A stretch of 64,000 nt of DNA from the human T2T-CHM13v2.0 reference genome, Homo sapiens. The first letter of the stretch is position 1; every line of letters begins with the position of its first letter. The DNA is taken from assembly GCF_009914755.1 (NCBI RefSeq), contig NC_060944.1; one strand, written 5' to 3'. Position numbers and translations under genes: made by a program. The notes under the pieces are model-generated. The model did no database searches and was not told the DNA's origin. It saw nothing but the letters and a program-made list of their open reading frames with translations. Below, piece after piece: positions 51,764-63,320 of this stretch.

Positions 51764-52748
51764 GTAAAGCCCGTGTCTGCTCGTGCATGCCGCCCGCATC
51801 TCCGCCGAGAATGTGCTTGGCTTCCTCTGTCCCTCCTGCGTGCTGCCACTGTCTTGTGTCACCTCACATGTGCGCACGCTCAGACCCTCTCCCTGGCCTC
51901 GGTCCGTGGCTCTCCTTTAAGATCCAGGATCTGCATCAGGCTTGGCTGTGTGTGCCTGTCACCCCTGCGCAGTACCACTGCGCTCCCCCCGGGCAAAAAA
52001 ATGAGACCCCCATCTCCAAAACACACAGACCCCCAACGCAGGCCTGCTGCCGGGGAGGTGCTGGAGGGAGGGCGGGGGCACTGGGCGCAGAGCTGCTGAG
52101 CAGGGTTTCCTGGCCACCTGCGCTCCCTTGAACGCAGTGCAAAGGGGAGGATCTTTGCTCTGTGACGAGTTCTTCCCTTTCCGGCCTTTGATCCGTGCTG
52201 CTCCCTGCCTTTGGGGGAAGAGGAGGCCTCACACCACATCCCCAGGTGGCCGTGTGGCCTCGACTCCACTGACCCAGGATCAGGAGAGGCTGAGCTCCTT
52301 TCTCAGCAGCTTCTTCCTATGGCCCCAGCCTCCGTGCCCTCTTCCCTCCAGGGGGGACTCGGTGCCTGCCTGGGGAGGAAGGAGAGGCGTTGCAGGTCAG
52401 CATGGGGTGGCTGCAGCCGGCGTTGGCCTCAGGCACAGGCTCCACAGGGCCTGTTCCCACCAGCCCGGCCCGGCAGGGCCGCATGGTGGCGCGTGAGGGA
52501 GGACCCTGGAGGGGGACCTTCCTGCAAGAATTGGTGGGGGCCGCGGTCTCCGCCTTCTAGAGGTGGCGGCCTACTGCCCTTCGGGTGTTGTGTGCAAAGC
52601 CCCGTTTCCTGCTCCCTGCGCTTGTATCCTGCTGCCTTCCCTCCTGCTGGTGAAGCTCGTGCTGCCCTTTGCTGGCCTGTGCTGCCACTGCCGACCCGTG
52701 TCCCGTGGTGGAGCTGTCGTGGGGCTCACGTGACTTCCCTTCCTACAG

Positions 52749-52805
52749 GCGTCCGAGCTGGGCCACAGCCTGAACGAGAACGTCCTCAAGCCTGCGCAGG
52801 AGAAG
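52749..52805 (+). CDS. ARFGAP1: ARFGAP1 exon 10
   Basis: ASELGHSLNENVLKPAQEK; AG/GTAACG. Confidence 0.95.
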
Positions 52806-53536
52806 GTAACGGGCAGCTCCGGGTGGTTGTGCCTGGAGCCCTTCACTCCAGGGGACGTGGGTGTGTCAGGGGTGTTAGGGGGATTGTTTGTCCAGCAGCT
52901 GGGACTCAGCGAGGCCAAGCCTCACACCCCACCTCTCCAGCACAGGCGTCCTCCTCGGGGCCTGGGCTCCTCTTGGACCCCCCAGCTGGTCCCTTCCCCT
53001 GGCCTAGGGCCTCCCTTGCAGTGCCCCCAGCCCAGCACCCCCAGCCCACCTCCGTTCCTCTGCCTCACCCCTACAGCTGGCCCCAGAGCCCAGCACCCCC
53101 AGCCCACCTCCGTTCCTCTGCCTCACCCCCACAGCTGGCCGCGGAGCTGTGCCCAGAGGAGGCTCTGGTATGGGAATGATGCCTGCCATCCTAGGGGGTC
53201 AAGAGCCCCGCCAGCTCCCTGCCTCCTTCGGGGCCTGACTGGGACAAGTGGGGAAGACCCACCTGGGGCAGCGTGGGCTGTCCTTAGGTCACGTTGCTAT
53301 TTGTCAGCAGTGGCCGGCAGGGGCCACGTTTGCAGACACCAGGCCTCACAGTGACATGGTTTCTTGATGCTGGAATCCCTTTGGGGCCACTGTAGAACTT
53401 TCTGGGGCTCAGCCTGATGGGTATCCACATGCCCCTGATATTTCGGATGCCCTCACCCGGGGGATTCCTGCACTCCTGAAGCTTTAAGCTTTCATCTCTC
53501 CCGCCCCCATTAATGCCGCTGTCTTCATCCGTGCAG

Positions 53537-53596
53537 GTGAAGGAGGGAAAGATTTTTGATGATGTCTCCAGTGGGGTCTCTCAGTTGGCGTCCAAG
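53537..53596 (+). CDS. ARFGAP1: ARFGAP1 exon 11 (start of ALPS2)
   Basis: VKEGKIFDDVSSGVSQLASK; donor GTAGGG. Confidence 0.95.
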
Positions 53597-53862
53597 GTAG
53601 GGAGCCTGCCAGATACGCGGGCACAGTCGAAGCCAGTCTCCATATTCCACGGCCCTGGGCGTGAGAGCAGGGTGTGCCCCGTGCAGCCCTCAGCCCAGCT
53701 TGGCAGTGGCCGCTGTCCTCTGAGACGGGAGGAGAGCTGCCCAGCCTGACAGCCCGAGGGATATGGAAACAGCTTGGCCCACTGCGGCCCGGTCAGCCAC
53801 TAACTGTCACTTCTCCCTCTGCTCTTATCTTGCTGCTGCTGGCCTTTTCCTCGGTAAGTAAG

Positions 53863-54101
53863 TGCCAGCGCCGTCTTTGCTGCCATCAGTCCCACTGCTC
53901 TGCGGGCCATTTGGGGCGTGCATTTTGTCCTGTTTCCTGGCATGAGGCGCTCTGCGGACAGACGGGGAGGGAAGAGCAGGCCTCGCTCCTCCCCCCCAAG
54001 CATGTGGTGGGAGCTCTTGAGGTCTGTGCACGAGGCTGTCCTCGCTGCCATGTCCCGCACACACCTGGCACCGCTGCAGAGTGGCCGGGGCGTCTGTGTC
54101 T
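53863..54101 (+). CDS. ARFGAP1: ARFGAP1 alternative frameshifting exon (CQRRLCCHQSH...GRLCL)
   Basis: CACTAAC branch point and pyrimidine tract, taag| acceptor, CT|GTACGT donor; inclusion gives a 403-aa ORF ending at TAG 55506-55508, consistent with a recalled minor isoform. Confidence 0.6.
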
Positions 54102-54248
54102 GTACGTGTGTGCGAGGCACCCCTTGTTTCTGGATTTTGCCTGGGTCTTCTCAGCGGGACGGCGCGTGCCGGCTTGCGTGTGGGGGCCTCCTGAAGCTGC
54201 CTGTGCCGCGACAGGGCCTGCCTAACCTCTCTTCCCGTCTCCTTCCAG

Positions 54249-54325
54249 GTCCAGGGAGTCGGTAGTAAGGGATGGCGGGACGTCACCACCTTTTTTTCGG
54301 GGAAAGCAGAGGGCCCCTTGGACAG
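54249..54325 (+). CDS. ARFGAP1: ARFGAP1 exon 12 (alternative acceptor at 54255 removes VQ)
   Basis: ttccag|GTCCAG|GGA: VQGVGSKGWRDVTTFFSGKAEGPLD; donor GTATGC. Confidence 0.95.
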
Positions 54326-54386
54326 GTATGCTGTGTCCCCTCCTGGGCCTTGCATCCCACTCCCCTGCCTTGGCCACTCCTCCTAC

Positions 54387-54549
54387 AGGCTCTCCAGGAG
54401 GTGGCTGGCATCCTTGCTGGGGAGGGAAGGGGCACTGTGGAGGCTCTCCGGGAGGTGGCTGGCATCCTTGCTGGGGAGGGGGCACTGTGGAGCCTCTCCG
54501 GGAGGTGGCTGGCATCTTTGCTGGGGAGGGGGCACGGTGGAGGCTTTCC
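54387..54549. repeat. About 50-55-bp tandem repeat, 3 copies
   Basis: CTCTCCGGGAGGTGGCTGGCATCCTTGCTGGGGAGGGGGCACTGTGG-like unit. Confidence 0.85.
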
Positions 54550-54690
54550 GAGTGCTCTGCAGCTGCAGAGGCCTGTCCTGCCTGTCTCTGCCCTGCTGTG
54601 TGCTCTTTGGAACCCTGCAGGAGCTGGGCTCCCCAGGCTAGGGTGGGAGGGAGGGTCTCACCCATATGCCCCCACGTAGGAGGAGCTGGC

Positions 54691-54749
54691 GCTGCTCTGC
54701 TGTTCCTCTGTCTCCCAGACTCTGGGTGGATGGAGCAGGTCGGGGGCCA
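54691..54749 (+). ncRNA. MIR4326: MIR4326 annotated hairpin (last intron of ARFGAP1)
   Basis: Contains the recalled mature sequence TGTTCCTCTGTCTCCCAGAC (54701-54720); low-confidence miRNA. Confidence 0.72.
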
Positions 54750-55446
54750 GGGGACAGGAAGGCTAGGGCCCCAGAGACCTGTCCTGGGCCCCATGTCCAG
54801 CTCTGCCCTTAGTGCTTGGCACCCCAGTCGCTTCTGCTGGAAGCTGGCTGCTGTTCTCGGCCTCTGACCCCAACAGGGGAACCACCGGGGATCTCATCGG
54901 GCCTGGCCTTGTGCTGTCTACTGAGAGGCCAGCCCTGGTGGGCACAGATGCACTGCCCACTAGGTGGGCCCAAATTTTCCCTGCAGACGCCATGTCCCTT
55001 CTCTCCCTCTGTGTATGTGGTTTTTCAGTGGTGTGATTGCAGCTGAGGACAGAGGGCAGGGCCAGATCTGGGGCCAGCGTAGCTGAGGGCGTCGCTCGGG
55101 AGGGCCTGTGTCCCGGCTTGAGGCCAAGCGCCCCTGCCCCTCCCCACTTGACTAAACCACTGTTTTATTGCAGCAGTTTGGAGCTGGTAGAAAAGGAAGT
55201 TTTCTGTAAAACTGTCCTCCAGTTGGGGTGGTTGATAAAGAGTGGGCCCTGGTTCTCCAGCTCCCCAGCAGTTTCCTCTGCTCTGAAGCGGGAGAAACAG
55301 ATCCCACCTGGTGGGGCTGCTGTGGACCCTGAGCGCTGGCCTGGGAAGGCGGTCACTGTCCAGGTGCAGAGCTCTCGGGGGCACAGAATTCCCAGTGGTG
55401 GACTGAGTAACAGTCATTTAGAGTCCCCCTTCTGTCTCTTTAAAAG

Positions 55447-55756
55447 CCCCTCGGAGGGCCACAGTTATCAGAACAGCGGTCTGGACCACTTCCAAAACAG
55501 CAACATAGACCAGAGCTTCTGGGAGACCTTTGGAAGTGCTGAGCCCACCAAGACCCGCAAGTCCCCGAGCAGCGACAGCTGGACGTGCGCGGACACCTCC
55601 ACCGAGAGGAGGAGCTCGGACAGCTGGGAGGTGTGGGGCTCGGCCTCCACCAACAGGAACAGCAACAGCGACGGCGGGGAGGGCGGGGAGGGCACCAAGA
55701 AGGCAGTGCCGCCGGCCGTGCCCACTGATGATGGCTGGGACAACCAGAACTGGTAG
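55447..55756 (+). CDS. ARFGAP1: ARFGAP1 last exon coding part; 3' UTR to about 57675
   Basis: PSEGHSYQ...FWETF...WEVW...DDGWDNQNW* with Trp-based adaptor/coatomer-binding motifs; total CDS 1221 nt = 406 aa. Confidence 0.97.
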
Positions 55757-57650
55757 GGCCCACTGCGCCCCCGTCCCCAGCGCCCCCGGGCGACTTCGTG
55801 TTTGCACTCTGCCCTCGTCGTTCCTCCTCCTTCCATTTGACCCAAGAATCAGCAACTGCAGTGTGAGGACAGCGTCTCGGGAGGCAGGACCCTAGGGAGA
55901 CCCGGGTGTGCGCCGCCTGCGCGTGGGGAGTCTTCGGTGCGTGGGGGCGGCTTGCTGTCCAGCCTGTGTGGGGGCCGTCCCGTCCCACACTCCCCTGGGC
56001 ATTCTTGGACTCAAGGCCGGGGCTCTGCGTGGCTTGCTGGGAGGTGGGCTGCAGCACAGAGGCCTGTGACTGCGTTCCAGCGGCCAGTTCACTACGCAGT
56101 ATCTCTGGGGCCTGGGACCAGCCACGTGCCGAGCTGTCAGCGACGTGAGGTGTCCCTTCTCGTTGAGATATTTAACTTTGGTTTTGCTCTAGTTCTTTCT
56201 TTTTGAAGAGAGTGACTGGAGTGGTAAAGATGGAAATGCTGGAAATGATACTGGCGCTCACGCTGCCATCCGACCACCCTCGGCTCCCGAGTCCACGCCT
56301 GCCTGGGCCTGTGCTGTCAGACCCGCGTCGGTCGTAACCCTCTGTGGCTCCCCTGCATCAGCACCGTCCCACCACCAAGTTCACCAGGTTCACCAGACAC
56401 GGCCTCCACAATAGCCACACCCACACCTGAGCTGTTCTCAGTGCTGGAACTTGACCATCCTGGAACACCCTGGAAGAAAAAGGAGCGCAGGGTGGGCCCT
56501 CGGCCCTGATGCAGGAGGGTGCGATAGCGGACGTGGCCAGGCAGGAGGGGCCGGGTTCAGGAGCTGAGCAGGGGATGCCTGTGCGTGGTGCCTGGGTCTA
56601 GGGAAGCTCCAGCCCCAGGATGGGGCTGCCCTGCACACCGGTGCCCGCCACATGCCAACCCTCACCTCCCCGAGGACTGGATGATGTGCTGCCACGTGTG
56701 ACTCGTCTCCCTTGTCTGCCCTGTGTGACCCTCAGTCTTGGCCAGCCATGCATGCGCCCGAAGCTCGTGCAGTTTGTACGTGAGGTGCTCTCCTCCCTGC
56801 CACCATGCTCATCACTCTGGCCTTGGCCATGCTCCCTGGTCACCCCACTTCCCGGTCGCCGTCTGCAGCACTCCTGGAGCAGCCTGGGCCCTTCAGCCCC
56901 TGTGCTCGTCCCACCCTAGGGACTCAGCCACTTGCAGAACAGGATGGGACCGAGATTTCAGCGAGCCCTCCTGGCGCCCGGTCCTCCCTGTGGGCACCAG
57001 CCCTCTTGGTAGCTGGTGTGGAGGGCCGGTGTCCTTGGCTGCCACGGAGGGATTTGATCACCGAAGCAGCCACCTGCTGTAGTTGGACCTGAGGTCAGAG
57101 GCGGGGCATCAGAGGCTCAAGGTGCTGAGAAGCCACCGGGAAAGCAGCCAGCACAAAGGGCCCAGGAAGCCAGCCCCCGAGAGCTGAGCGTGGGGGTCTT
57201 TGAGTGTCTTTCTCCAAGCTGAGACGTGGGCGGCCGCGTGGTATCTCCCGAGGGCTGCTTGGACCCTGGTGGGCTGAGTGCTCCGAGGAGGGGTGGACTC
57301 CACCTTGGACAGTGGGATGTGGTGTTCCACATGTGCCTGTTTCCACGCCAGCACCTTGACTTGGCAGCATGGAGCCAAGGTCTGTCCCCGCCCAGGAGGG
57401 TGCCTTCCTCGGGGGTAGGGGGACGGCCCACTCTGCCCCAGGGAGTCCCTTTTGATGGGAAGTGCAGTCAGCAGCGTGGAGGTGTCTGGGCCACCTTCAG
57501 AAGGTGGATGTGGTGGCCGAGACCCCGTCCACGGAGGGTGATGGCCTTTCCCTTCTGCAGGTGCGGGCAGGTGGGCCTGGGACCGGTGCTGGGGCCTCTC
57601 CTTGCTGTGTGTGAGGGCCCAGGTGGAAGGCGCGGACCTGACAGCATTCC

Positions 57651-57656
57651 AATAAA
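57651..57656 (+). terminator. ARFGAP1 poly(A) signal AATAAA
   Basis: Canonical hexamer about 1.9 kb after the stop. Confidence 0.85.
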
Positions 57657-59440
57657 GCATACGGGAACATGCAGAATGTCTGGATGCATCCCAAGGGGCC
57701 ACTTCCAGTGCTGTGCCAGTAGGGTCATGGGACCCCCGGGAAGGCAGGGGTGGGACACTAGGAATCGTGGGCGGGCTCCCTCACTGCTCCTGGCCCCCTC
57801 CACCTAGCCCTCCTGGGGAGGCCCTGGCATCACCCCATCTGAGCCAGAGCTTCTGGGGAGTAGGGGAGCAGGCAGCTGGGTGACCCAGCCAGGGAAGAGT
57901 TTACGGGGTCCTGGCATGTGCCTCCGGCTGGCCAGCGAGACACTGTGGTGGGGTCCAGTGACCCTTGGCCTGGGGAGGTGGGCAGTGGCTCCTGTAGTAG
58001 AGGATGGCACCAGGGCTTGTGTCTAGGAGGGCTCCTGCCCCTCCCAGGGATTCAACACCCCCCATGCTGGGGACGATCCCAGCCCGTATCCAGGAAACTC
58101 AAGGTGCCACCTGATGCTGGGGTTGGAGGGCAAGGAGGGTGGCTGTAGCCAGGAGAGGCCCACAGAGGTCCTGGAGTCTCTGTGTCTCAACTGGGCGGCT
58201 CCCAAGGGTCATCCTGCTCTGGGGCAGCGCTTTAGGGCAGGTGGGCTGAGGTCAGAACTGCCGGATGGGGAAGACGAAAGTGGCGGGTCCCGGCCAGGCT
58301 TTGTGGGCCTGGGGTCCGTTCTTGGCTGAAGCCTGGTCTCGGTCTCTGGCCAGCTTGGTGGGGCATGGGCAGTAACGCTGCACAGCTCCCGGCCTCCAGC
58401 ATGCAGTTCCACCCCCACCGTGGCTCCAGGAGTCCAGGCTGACCACGCTGGGCACCTTCTGCCACCCGTCTCTTCCCTTGAGCCGGCCTCTGCTGTCTGT
58501 CCCCAGATACTGGCGTGACCCAGTGGATGCTCAAGGCCAGCTTCTGCCCTTCCCGAAACTTTTCTAAGTGCACTGGGTTTCCCCTGGCCACCCACTCATC
58601 GCGCCTGCTGGCATTGCTGTCCCCCTGTTGAGCCTTCCAGGGACAAGCCCTGCCCCATGAGCCTTCATTGCTGGCCGACAGAGGGGGCTGGGTGAGGCTG
58701 ACGGCTGTGGGGCCTGGCCCTGCTCTGTTCTGACCCAGCCAACACAGGCGGGGGTTGGGGGTCAGTCCCCAGAGCACTGAGGCTTCTCGGGGGCTGGAGG
58801 CTGCACAGGAGGCCACTGGGGCCATGTCCCCAATTCTGGGACCTGTGGGCCTGGGATCCCACCTGGAACCGGGTGATATGTGACTGGCCACAAGCATGCG
58901 GGGGGTTCCTGTGGGGTTGGGGCCTCAGGCCACAGTACCCTGGTGAGGAGAGGACAGTGGCCGACCCAGGTTCTGTCCTGTCCCTTTGTCGTTTGTGACC
59001 CCGGCAGCTCGCCGGCCCTGCCTGAGCCGGATCACTGCCACGTGGTCTGAGGGGTGCTGCAGAGGTGTCAGGAGTCCAGGAGCAGGGGCGGGGTGAACAG
59101 GCAGACGGGTCCGCCCTTGTGGAGCTCACATTTCATGAGCCAGGAGTGCTGGGTGCCTGACTGCCTGGTCTGTGATGACCCTGACGCTGGCTTGCATGTG
59201 TGGGATGTGGGTGCACATACCTGTTCCCAGGAGCCTGTGAGCCGGGGCTGCACCCCTGCGCCCGGTGCCTGGTGCCTGGTGCCCGTCTGCCAGCCTGGGC
59301 GCCCTCCTCTGGCCATGGCCAGGACTGCAGGCACCACCGGCCCCCTGGGAGCCCGCCACGGCGACGACCTGACACCATCTCTCAGGCTGCTCCTCCGGGA
59401 CAGCCAGTTGGTGGATGGGCTGTGCAAGAGGTGGCCATGG

Positions 59441-59730
59441 GTGGGGTGTGGTGGCTCACACCTGTAATCCCAGCACTGTCGGAGGCCGAGGCGGGTGGAT
59501 CACCTGAGGTCGGGAGTTTGAGACCAGCCTGGCCAACATGGTGAAACCCCATCTCTACTAAAAATACAAAAATTAGCTGGGTGTGGTGGTGGGTGCCTGT
59601 AATCTCAGCTACTCATGAGGCCGAGGCAGGAGAATCGCTGGAACCCGGGAGGCTGAGGTTGCCGTGAGCCGAGATTGCGGCATTGTTCTCTAGCCCAGGT
59701 GACAACAGCAAGACTCCATCTCGAGAAAAA
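59441..59730 (+). mobile_element. AluS with a short A tail
   Basis: Dimeric Alu sequence. Confidence 0.9.
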
Positions 59731-61068
59731 GGAGGTGCTCATGAAGAGGTGTATCCTGAATCTGAATCGGTGTGGCCCAGGGATCCAGGGAGGTGTGGAG
59801 AGGTTGGCCCCTCTCCTCCGCAGCATCCAGCCTGGGCCTTTGCCTCCAGCAGGTGTCACCTCTTCCTCTGTGGCCGCTGTGCCAGCGCTGGCCTCTCACC
59901 GAGCACCTCCAGCTCATCTCTTGCCTCTGGAGGCTGAGCCTGGGGCCAGGCCAAGTGGTTTCTCTTCAGCTACCAGAGCAGCAGGCAGGGTCGGGAGAGG
60001 CTCATCCTCCCTCAGGCCTCAGGCAACCCAGGGTCGGGAGGCCTCGAGGGGGCTGGCCCTTTCGCACTGTCCTGAGTGCAGAGGAGGCATGGACTTGGGG
60101 ACTGGGCTCACAAGGCCGACAGCTGCCTCCAGTGGTCCTGAAGCACCCATGCGACGCGTGGTATTAGGCTGGGGTCCTTAAAGACAGAGGTAGGGACACG
60201 TATTTGGGTGCACTCGGGTCTATCGGGGAGGCAGATGCCTCGGCCGGATCCACCTTGAGCTGTGGACAGTGAGTGTCTTAGGAGGCTGTGCAGTGAGGCC
60301 GGGATGCCCACACTTGCGTCACCACCCAGTCATTGGGCAAGGGCCGCTGGGGTGCATCTGTTATCTCCCAGGCAGTCCCGGGGCAGGGACAGCTGTGAGC
60401 GGTGGGCCCTTTATAGCCAGCAGGTGCTACGGGACTCTGCGCTGCCTAGGTGGGGCCTTACGTCACAGCACGGGTGGGACAGGGGCAGGGCCAGGGCAGG
60501 GGCAGGGCCAGTGTTGGGCTGGTCCAGTTGGGAGCAGCCCAGGGTCCCGTCGGGTCAGGGGCCTGTTTTCCAGGCCTGGGCACCTGCTGAAGCTCTGGTT
60601 ACCGGCACCAGTCTGCAAAGTGGGTTGGGTGGTGGCAGCCTTCAGGATGGGCTGGGAGGGCATACTGGGGGAGGGGAAGGGTGACCACATGGGTGGGGGA
60701 CCAGGTGCCACTGCAGCCTGCTCCCCACAGTGGGCAGCCAGAATCCCTAGTGTCCAGCACCCACACGTGGCGGCCTTGGCATCTGAGTGGCTTTCCCTGT
60801 GAGCCCCTCCTTGCAGGATGGACCCTCTGGGAGTGAGGAGTAAAAGTGTTGGGCCGTGCAGCCCCTGCCTCCTCACTGGTGGGACCCTGCCCTGCTGTGC
60901 AGTGGGGTCCTTCGTGCTGGGATCTTTGTGGTCCCCGTTCTTGGAGAGATGCCCGGGGCGGCAGACAGGAAGGGTGGAGGGCAAAGGGAGGGGAGGAGAG
61001 AGAGGCAGGCCGAGGGGTGGGTCGGGGGGTGGGCTGGGGCAGTGACTTCTGTGGAGGAGAAGCCTTTC

Positions 61069-61158
61069 ATAAGCTCCAGCCTTCCTGTGGCCACAGCAGG
61101 ACCAGAGTGGACCAGCACACCCCAGGAGAGAGGACTGGGGTCCCAGGAGTAGGAGGAG
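61069..61158 (+). other. COL20A1: COL20A1 non-coding exon 1 (TSS approximate)
   Basis: Matches the recalled mRNA 5' UTR; donor GAG|GTGGGT. Confidence 0.7.
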
Positions 61159-61992
61159 GTGGGTGACTTCCCTGTGGTCCTGAGGCTGGGTGGATAAGGG
61201 GCTGCCAGGAGATCCACTCAGCCTGTGATCTGAGGGTGACTGACTTTCAGAAAAGTCTAGATAGAGGCCAAGTGCCCCTGTGAGCCACAGGACCGGGGTG
61301 CCCAGCACGCACAGGGTGTGGCCAGGAGGGGCCGGGGCAGTGGGAGCCCGGGGCTGCCTGAGCTCTCACCAAGGGCTCCCTTCTGGGGGTCTCAGACAAC
61401 ATCCAGGGCTGTGGGGGAACGAGGAGGGTGCACATCGAGCAGAGAGCGGCTTGCACTTCAGGCTGGATGCCTGTGGCCCTGGCAGGGGTCCCACTGAGTC
61501 AAGCCAGGTTTCTGGGGTGGGAGGATCCAGGGACTTGGGGGCACTCGGGCTGCCCACTGGTGCCTCTGTGATCAGTTTGGGAGCCCAGCCCTCAGGTGCC
61601 TCCTGTTCCAATGCCTGGGTCTTACCTGACTGCCCTTGGCCGGCCGGGCGGGCATGAAATCCCTGATTTAAGCCGGTGGCTTTCCCGCCGGGTGAGGCCT
61701 TTCCCTTGCAGAGGAGCAGATTCCCTGGTGGGGATACTGGGGTCACACACTGGGAGGGGGCGTGTATTGGGGGGGTCTCTGTTCGGCTGCAGGGGGTGGG
61801 AGGGCCTGGGTCACTCAGGACCCTAGAACCCTACTGTGTGGGAGGCTGGGGCTCACAGAACCAGGGCCTGCACTCAAGCCATGCCCTCAGCTCAGCACAG
61901 AGGGGTAGGGGCCCGGCCTGCCGGGAGTGCTCTGTCTGCTTTCTGAAGGCCCGAGTTGGTGCGTGGGGTGAGGGGCTGGCATGAGCAGTCTC

Positions 61993-62365
61993 GGGGAGCG
62001 GGAGTGCAGGGGAGCGGAGTGTGAGGGGAGGGGGAGTGCGGGGGGAGGGGAGTGCGGGGGGAGGGGGAGTGCGGGGGAGGGGGAGTGCGGGGGAGGGGAG
62101 TGTGGGGGGAGGGGAGTGTGGGGGGAGGGGGAGTGCGGGGGGAGGGGAGTGCGGGGGGAGGGGGAGTGCGGGGGGAGGGGGAGTGCGGGGGGAGGGGGAG
62201 TGTGGGGGGGAGGGGAGTGCGGGGGGAGGGGGAGTGCAGGGGAGCGGAGTGTGGGGGAAGGGGGAGTGCGGGGGGAGCGGGGCTGCCGAGGAGCGGGAGT
62301 GTGGGGGAGTGGGGCGTGCAGGGGACTGGGGGTGCAGGGGACTGGGGGTGCAGGGGAACGGAGTG
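61993..62365. repeat. G-rich ~17-18-bp VNTR (GGGGGAGGGGGAGTGCG) in COL20A1 intron 1
   Basis: Directly visible; dozens of G4-G6 runs. Confidence 0.95.
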
Positions 62366-63238
62366 CAAGTGAACCCCCGGCATTTCTTCTTCAGCCCTGG
62401 GCGTGGTGGCAGGTGGAGGACTCGGGCCTGGCAGCTGACATGCTCCCCACCTCTCCGAGTGGCACCTCTGGGCACTGGTCACTGGGTTACCCTGGCCTCT
62501 GAGTCCCCCTCAGCTGCTCCTCAGAGCACCCCAAATCCAACCTCCACTCCCAGCCCCTTTGAGTGGGCCGGGCCTGGTTTTTTCTGGTCCTCCTTGTAGC
62601 CCACTCAGCTCTCCAGTGGCCCTGGCGGCCTCCCTGTCTCGGCCTCAGAGCCGTGTGCCCGTGGCACACACACCCTGCACCCCCGGCTGGCGTCCCCCAG
62701 ACCCACCCGCTCCCCACTCCTACTAGGCAGCTCTCACTCTCCTCCACAGGTCTCTGATGACCCTTCCGCCTCCAGGGCGAGGCTGGGGCCACAGGGACTC
62801 CACATGTCCAGCAATCAGACATTGCCTGGAGAGCTCGCCCCTTGCCTCAGCCCTCCGTGGCCCTCGGGAGCCCCACAAGCAGGAGGCCCCGTGCCCGTCC
62901 CAGCCACCCCTGCACTGGGCGTGGGGACAACTGGGGGCTGGGGGTCCTGTTGTCACTCAGAGCAGCCCCCGGTGGTGTAAATGCCAAGAGTGGGGTGGGA
63001 GTGGGAGGCAGCCCCAGCTCTAGCCTTGGGTCCTTGAGTTTTAGGCAGCTGGGAGGTATCCCCTAGACAACAGGTTGCAGGCCTCTGGTCCTCACACATG
63101 TGAGGGGTGGAGCCCGGTGTGGGGACAGGCTGCCTGGCCCTCGAGGATTTGGAGAAGCTCTGGCGTTGTGGTCAGGGAGAGGACAGACGGGGGGACGGCT
63201 GAAGGGCATGGCCTCTTCCCTGCCACAGCCCGAGCACC

Positions 63239-63320
63239 ATGAGCTCCGGAGACCCTGCACACCTCGGCCTCTGCCTCTGGCTGTGGCTGGGCGCCACCCT
63301 GGGAAGAGAGCAAGTTCAAG
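63239..63320 (+). CDS. COL20A1: COL20A1 exon 2 coding part (signal peptide of collagen XX alpha 1); the gene continues beyond the window
   Basis: ccacag| at 63228, Kozak ACCATG; MSSGDPAHLGLCLWLWLGATLGREQVQ hydrophobic leader; donor AG|GTAAGG, phase 1. Confidence 0.92.

Noticed and set aside
55037-55446. N-terminal extension of the 239-aa ORF before the last ARFGAP1 exon
   Set aside because: Intronic. The acceptor at 55446 gives the exact 406-aa protein, and nothing supports an independent start
55802-57406. Single miRNA seed matches in the ARFGAP1 3' UTR (TTGCACT at 55802, GTGCCTT at 57400)
   Set aside because: 7-mers are expected by chance in 1.9 kb, and conservation cannot be assessed here
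61831-62599. Pro-rich and Gly-rich ORFs
   Set aside because: Translations of the G-rich VNTR
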